Shown here: in pieces, positions 58,912-64,000 of the stretch
How the letters are laid out: each line of letters opens with the position of its first letter
How positions within the stretch are numbered: position 1 is the first letter of the stretch
NCBI RefSeq assembly: GCF_009914755.1
Contig: NC_060937.1
Length of the DNA: 64,000 bases
From: the human T2T-CHM13v2.0 reference genome, Homo sapiens
Direction: 5' to 3' (one strand)
The notes under the pieces: generated by a model
The model's input: the letters and a program-made list of their open reading frames with translations, nothing else
What the model was told of the DNA's origin: nothing
Databases searched by the model: none
Position numbers and translations under genes: made by a program

Positions 58912-61900
58912 ACCTCATAGGTTTGTGGAGCATATGTTAGAAAACAAAATCCTGCAGTTTTATGAAATTTGTATTAAATAAATGGATATTTCAAATTGGT
59001 AATAAATTTAAAAGGAAACCTAAATAATAACATCAACACTTACTGTCTTATTTTTCTAGTTTAAATATATACAGTATTATATTTAATCATCAGAATAGTC
59101 ACCAGCATATTTCAAACTAATAAAATTTACACAAGTTTAAAAGTATCTTTACTGTTCTGATTTTTAACCATTTACTTACGGTTTTCCTTTATTTTTCTCA
59201 CTGTTATAACAGTGAGAAATTTATCAATGCATTGTACTTTTACAAATACACAGGAATGCATGCTAGACTATTTACTAGAAATAACTTTCCTAAATAAAAC
59301 TGTGTCAGAGCATTGTTCATTTGTAAATGTTTTCCAAGAGAAACAATACCAACTTCAATACCATAAGGCAGAAATTCACCTTTGGCTTTAAAATTCACTG
59401 GCAGTATTTTTTTATTTATTAAAATTAGAATGTGCATAAGACTGCTTTTCATCTCTCAGTATTTAATTATAATTAGTCACTTTCGCACTGCTTTCCTTCC
59501 TTTCAAAGCAGTACACACACAACTTTTGAACGCTTCTACTAGTTTTCGTGTTTATTTGCTCAATTAAAATCAAGATTTAAAATTCATGGTAGACATTCAT
59601 TTCTTTTGGTATTTAAGTGAAGCCTAAAACATCTATTTTATTCAAGAACTTTTAGCCACGCCGTCTCAACGTAAGGTCATCTCATACATCATATTCGTGT
59701 GCTCCATTTTCAACAACTTTTTGATACATTGGTAAAATGAAATTTAAGAAGGTAACAATGTTTTTCTGATTTCAAAAGGGGGAAATCTTAGAAAATCTCC
59801 TACTTATTCAAAAAATAATATTATATCAATCCTCAATTTTTGACTCTGGTTTTTCCCCTTCCACCTTAACTGAATTATGATTAAACATACATATTTACAG
59901 ATTTTATTCTTTACTTCCACTACATAAAAGACTTGCAACTATTTTTTATGTAATACAGAGAAAGGGACATGCATGATTATGTCATAGTTTTGCAAAAATC
60001 CAGCAAGGTGACAAGTTAACTTGTGTTTCTAGAAACCATACATGAAATCATAGCATTTGTGATGCTGAAATTTATTGTAAATGACAGACATTTGTCTTTG
60101 CAGCAGAACAACAAGTGATCTTAAATATAATGAGTCAGAAATATTAGGGAATTTATTAAAACATTAGACGTAATTTCTCAGTTACTTTCTAAAATTCATA
60201 GTTACCTGAATTAATATGACTGTTATTTACAGTTAATAGATAAATTGTTTCTACCTAAATATTTGAAATGTAATGCCTTTGTGTTAAATATTTTCTCCTC
60301 AGAAGTATTTATGAGGGGAAATTGTCTAGGATACAGTTGTCAGGGACTAATTGGATACCCTATAAAACAAAAGACTTCATTTTATATATTTATTATTATT
60401 ATTCTTTACTTTTGCTTTTGGTCAAGAAGGCAATTGGAAAAGAACAAGGACCTGTTATTTCCATGATCTAAAGGTTTTTACTGCAACAACTGAGCAGCTC
60501 ACTTTTATTCAATGCTACATTAACTTTTCCATTACGGGTGCTGTTGTCAAGTACAGAGCCTTTGCACATTATGAAGTTGCTGTCTGGTATTTGTTCATTG
60601 ATATGATTTCCTTATTTGAATGTTTCAAGTAATTCTGGAGTGAAAGCCTTCATCACTTTTTAAGATTGTTGTCTCTTTCATTTTAAATTTAGTTAAACTT
60701 AATTGCACTGCTATAGTTTAAGGGTCTGTAAATGTTTTCATAAGCCTGAATTCTCTCATTTTTTCTTACTTAGAACTACTGTCACTTAAACTAAAATATA
60801 ATTATAGTGTTACTATTATTCATAAAATCTAGTGTTCAGTGACAACTCTTATTTCAGCAAGAAAGAGAAATACTTTGGTGTCATGATGCCCCTTTATTCA
60901 TTTTTCTTCTTTTGCTTCTTTTCATTCGTTCTATAAATTATTCCAGTTGTCTACAATTGCTCAAGAGCCAAGGAATATTCTCTAGGAGGCCGGAGTCTTA
61001 GGGTGAAACTGATAGGAGGAGGAATAGGATTCCCCCATTCTGGATTAGACTGTGAGGTGATTAGTCTAGAATGGAGGAGGTGGTTAGACTGTTGAAGGAG
61101 AAGGAGATTTAGAGTAGTAGAGTGTTTAGGAAAAGGGGTTTTGAAGTTGTGGGCACATGCTGTAATACAGGGAGGCTGCAGAAAAGTTTCTGTAAGCCTG
61201 CCTCCGGTTGACCATGTGGTACCCCACTGAGCAGACTGGTGAACTTACCTATTGAGAGGCCCTGTCCCACATTCCTAGCAAATTTTCAGACCTCCTTCCA
61301 TACTGGTAAAAGGATAAATTCTGTGGTGATGAAAAGCCTATTATAGTTACATACCCTTTGTTTTCATGATTCCTTGAAGAGCTAAGACATAGAGAAATAG
61401 ATCATTAAAATGAAGTTTGTGTTCTGCAATATTTTATTTGATGATAGGTTGGTTAGTTTTAAAATTTTGACCAAAATAAAAAAAGTGAAGAGAAGAAACA
61501 GATGTCTCCACCAACTGTGGGAGTAAGCTACAGTGGTGGCAGTGTGATTGATGTTCATCAAAAACAGTATTAATCTAATAAACAGCAAGGAGCAGCAGCA
61601 GCAATGGTGAAACACAGGGCTGGGAAGGAAGCTAATTTGAACACTGTCTAGGGATTGCAAAGGGAGATGTGGCAGAATACAGTTCCCTGCCAATGAAGGA
61701 CTACATAGTCAATTTAGGTTGAACTGTTGAGGCTGGCCATGAGAAGGAACTATCCTTTGGAGATTAGGGTCTGATGGGATATCCCTTTCTTGTATAGCAA
61801 TAATCTTGATTCACTGTAGTTTGATAGTTAATGTCTCCCAAATACTTAATGCTTCCAAACTTTTACTGCTGAAACATGTCATTGTCTTAAAGCAGCAAGG

Positions 61901-62989
61901 TGCTATCTCTTATTCCATAACCTTGTTAAGTTTACCTGTTCCATTGAATAAGCCTCTAGCTCAGATCTCAGTGATTGGTACCTATCTATCCCTGATATTT
62001 AGCCTTCCAGTTCCCTCTAATTTTAAATTGCTTTCTCAGCCCACTGTTTTACCATACCTTAACATCTTGGAAGCATTTGACTCTTGCCTTCCAGTAACTT
62101 CACCATAAATTATGATACTTTCTACCAGTGTAGTCCTATCTTTGTGACCCCTGTTATCCCTGTCTCTCATTTCTCCAATCAAAACAAATAGACCATAAAC
62201 ATATACACAGGTACATAAGCTTACTCCCTGCCTGAAACAAAAACACTGATTTGTGTCTTTTCATTGAAGTTTCTTATTTATTATTTTGATCTTTATGAGC
62301 TCTTCAGTAATTACTTTAAGACAGCAGCTCAAAATAGAGCCCTGTCTTAGTATTTTTACAAATAAATTATAGTTATTCTGATTACAATATAGCTTTAGGA
62401 ATGGAAGAACAAAATAAAATGTTATCATCAAATATTACTGTCTTGGGGAGAAACAGGAATACTTACGTGTATGTATGTGTTTGTGTGTATCCAGGAATAG
62501 GCCCATAGAAATAAAGTCTGTTTTTGCTTCATTCTTCCTCACATTTCAAATATCTTTGCTTCTAGAAATCTCTTTGGCCCAGCTGGCTGGCCTGGCCTCT
62601 GAAGACAAACACCCTGTCTGTGCCTCACAAAAATAAGTCTATTTTGCTAGTAGATTCTAAGAGACAGAGAAAAATTCATAACTCAGGAATGAACACCTGT
62701 GGTCAAATTTCAGAAAATAAAATAGGTCATTCAAAACATATTTTGGTTTTGTCCTGGTATCTTTAAGGTATATCATGACATTGGCTGGCCACTTAGCCAC
62801 TGCTTATAAAGTTAGCCTTATACTTTATTTTTATTTGTTGGTAAAGAATCCAAGTTAGAGCCTTTTAGGTCTTGGGTAAGTGTTATTTTACAAGTAAATC
62901 AAGTTGATGGATTTGAATTTCAAATACACGTTGAAATGGACTATAGATCACCACAGGATATTTAAAAAGGCAAAGAGGCATGACTGATT

Positions 62990-64000
62990 TTTTTCCTTTA
63001 TATTAAAGTATACATACATACAGAAGAGTACATATGTCATAATTGAACAGCTCCATGAATTTTCAAAAACTGAAGGCACCTATGCACTTACCACACTAGA
63101 TGAAGACACAGACAATTACCAACACCCTATATGAGCCCTTCTTGTATTCCTCACCCTGCTAAGGTAACTGCTATCCTAAATTCTAAGAGCATTTATTTAT
63201 TTTGTTTACCCTTACATTTATAAATGTAGATGGAATCATATAGTATAAACGTTTTTGTCTAGTATCTTTTGCCCAATATTACATTTGTGACATTCATTGA
63301 TATTATTTCATACAGTTTATTCTCATTGCTATATAGTAGTCCATTGTGTTAATGTAACTGAATATATTTATTGTACAGATTTTAACTATTATGAATAATG
63401 TTGCTCTGAACATTCTGGTACATATTTGTTTTTTTTTTTATGAATAGAGTTCTGTTGAGCATATACCTAGGATTGGAATTGCTGAGTCATAGTGTAGACT
63501 TGTGTTTAACTTTACTGCTGAACAGTTTTCCAAAGTATTCAGTTGCTCTGCATTCTCTCCTATACTTTACATTTTCTGTGATTTTCATTTTAGCTATTTA
63601 GGTGGGAGTATGATGTATTGCCTTATAGTGTTAGTGCATTTTCCTGAGGTTGAGTGCCTTTCATCATGGCCAAAAAAGGTCACTTCCCTATCTTCTTTTG
63701 TCAAATGTTTATATAAGCCTTTGGTCCATTGTTCTATTGGATTGTCTTTTTATTCTTACTGATTTGTAAGAATTCAGTATATATTTTGGATCTGAGGCAT
63801 TTGTTTGATATATATATTGCAAATATCCTACTCTGGGTTGCCTTTTGCTTTCTTATTTTTAGTTCTTCTAATCTATCATTTTATCTTTTATGATTAGTGA
63901 TTTCTGTTTTTTGTTTAAAGCATCTTTGCCTAGTGTGGCATCACAAAGATGTTCTCTTAGGTTTTCTTCCAAAAGCTTTCTTGCTTTGATTTTTACTTTC
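62990..64000 (-). mobile_element. L1ME-like 3' end, running off the window
   Basis: Antisense L1ME 3'UTR and ORF2 end (ATATACCTAGGATTGGAATTGCTGAGTCATAG). Confidence 0.75.

Overview
AT-rich, repeat-dense primate genomic DNA, most likely human, from inside neurobeachin (NBEA, + strand). Only two coding exons are present: 33450-33558 and 36501-36667. They encode part of the DUF1088 region upstream of PH-BEACH and sit between very long introns. The rest is mainly transposon fossils: a full-length dead L1PA7-like element (-, ~421-6913), a young 5'-truncated L1PA2-like copy with a perfect TSD, a twin-primed 5'-inverted L1PA16-like copy, nested old L1M elements, six Alus, MaLR/MLT LTRs, MER/Tigger DNA transposons, and L2/MIR/L3 fragments. 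Almost all ORFs in the supplied track are repeat-derived or random. I found no clear new multi-gene system. Best leads: (1) an 84-bp non-L1/Alu insertion with TPRT hallmarks ~375 bp upstream of an NBEA exon; (2) a 276-nt phase-symmetric exon pair that would give a stop-free ORF if circularised; (3) a micro-inversion that flips the YY1 site of the L1PA7 promoter; (4) a perfect 26-bp palindrome and several motif-rich candidate enhancers in repeat-poor intron. Repeat family names come from recalled consensus sequences, not a search. Boundaries are approximate unless a TSD is given.
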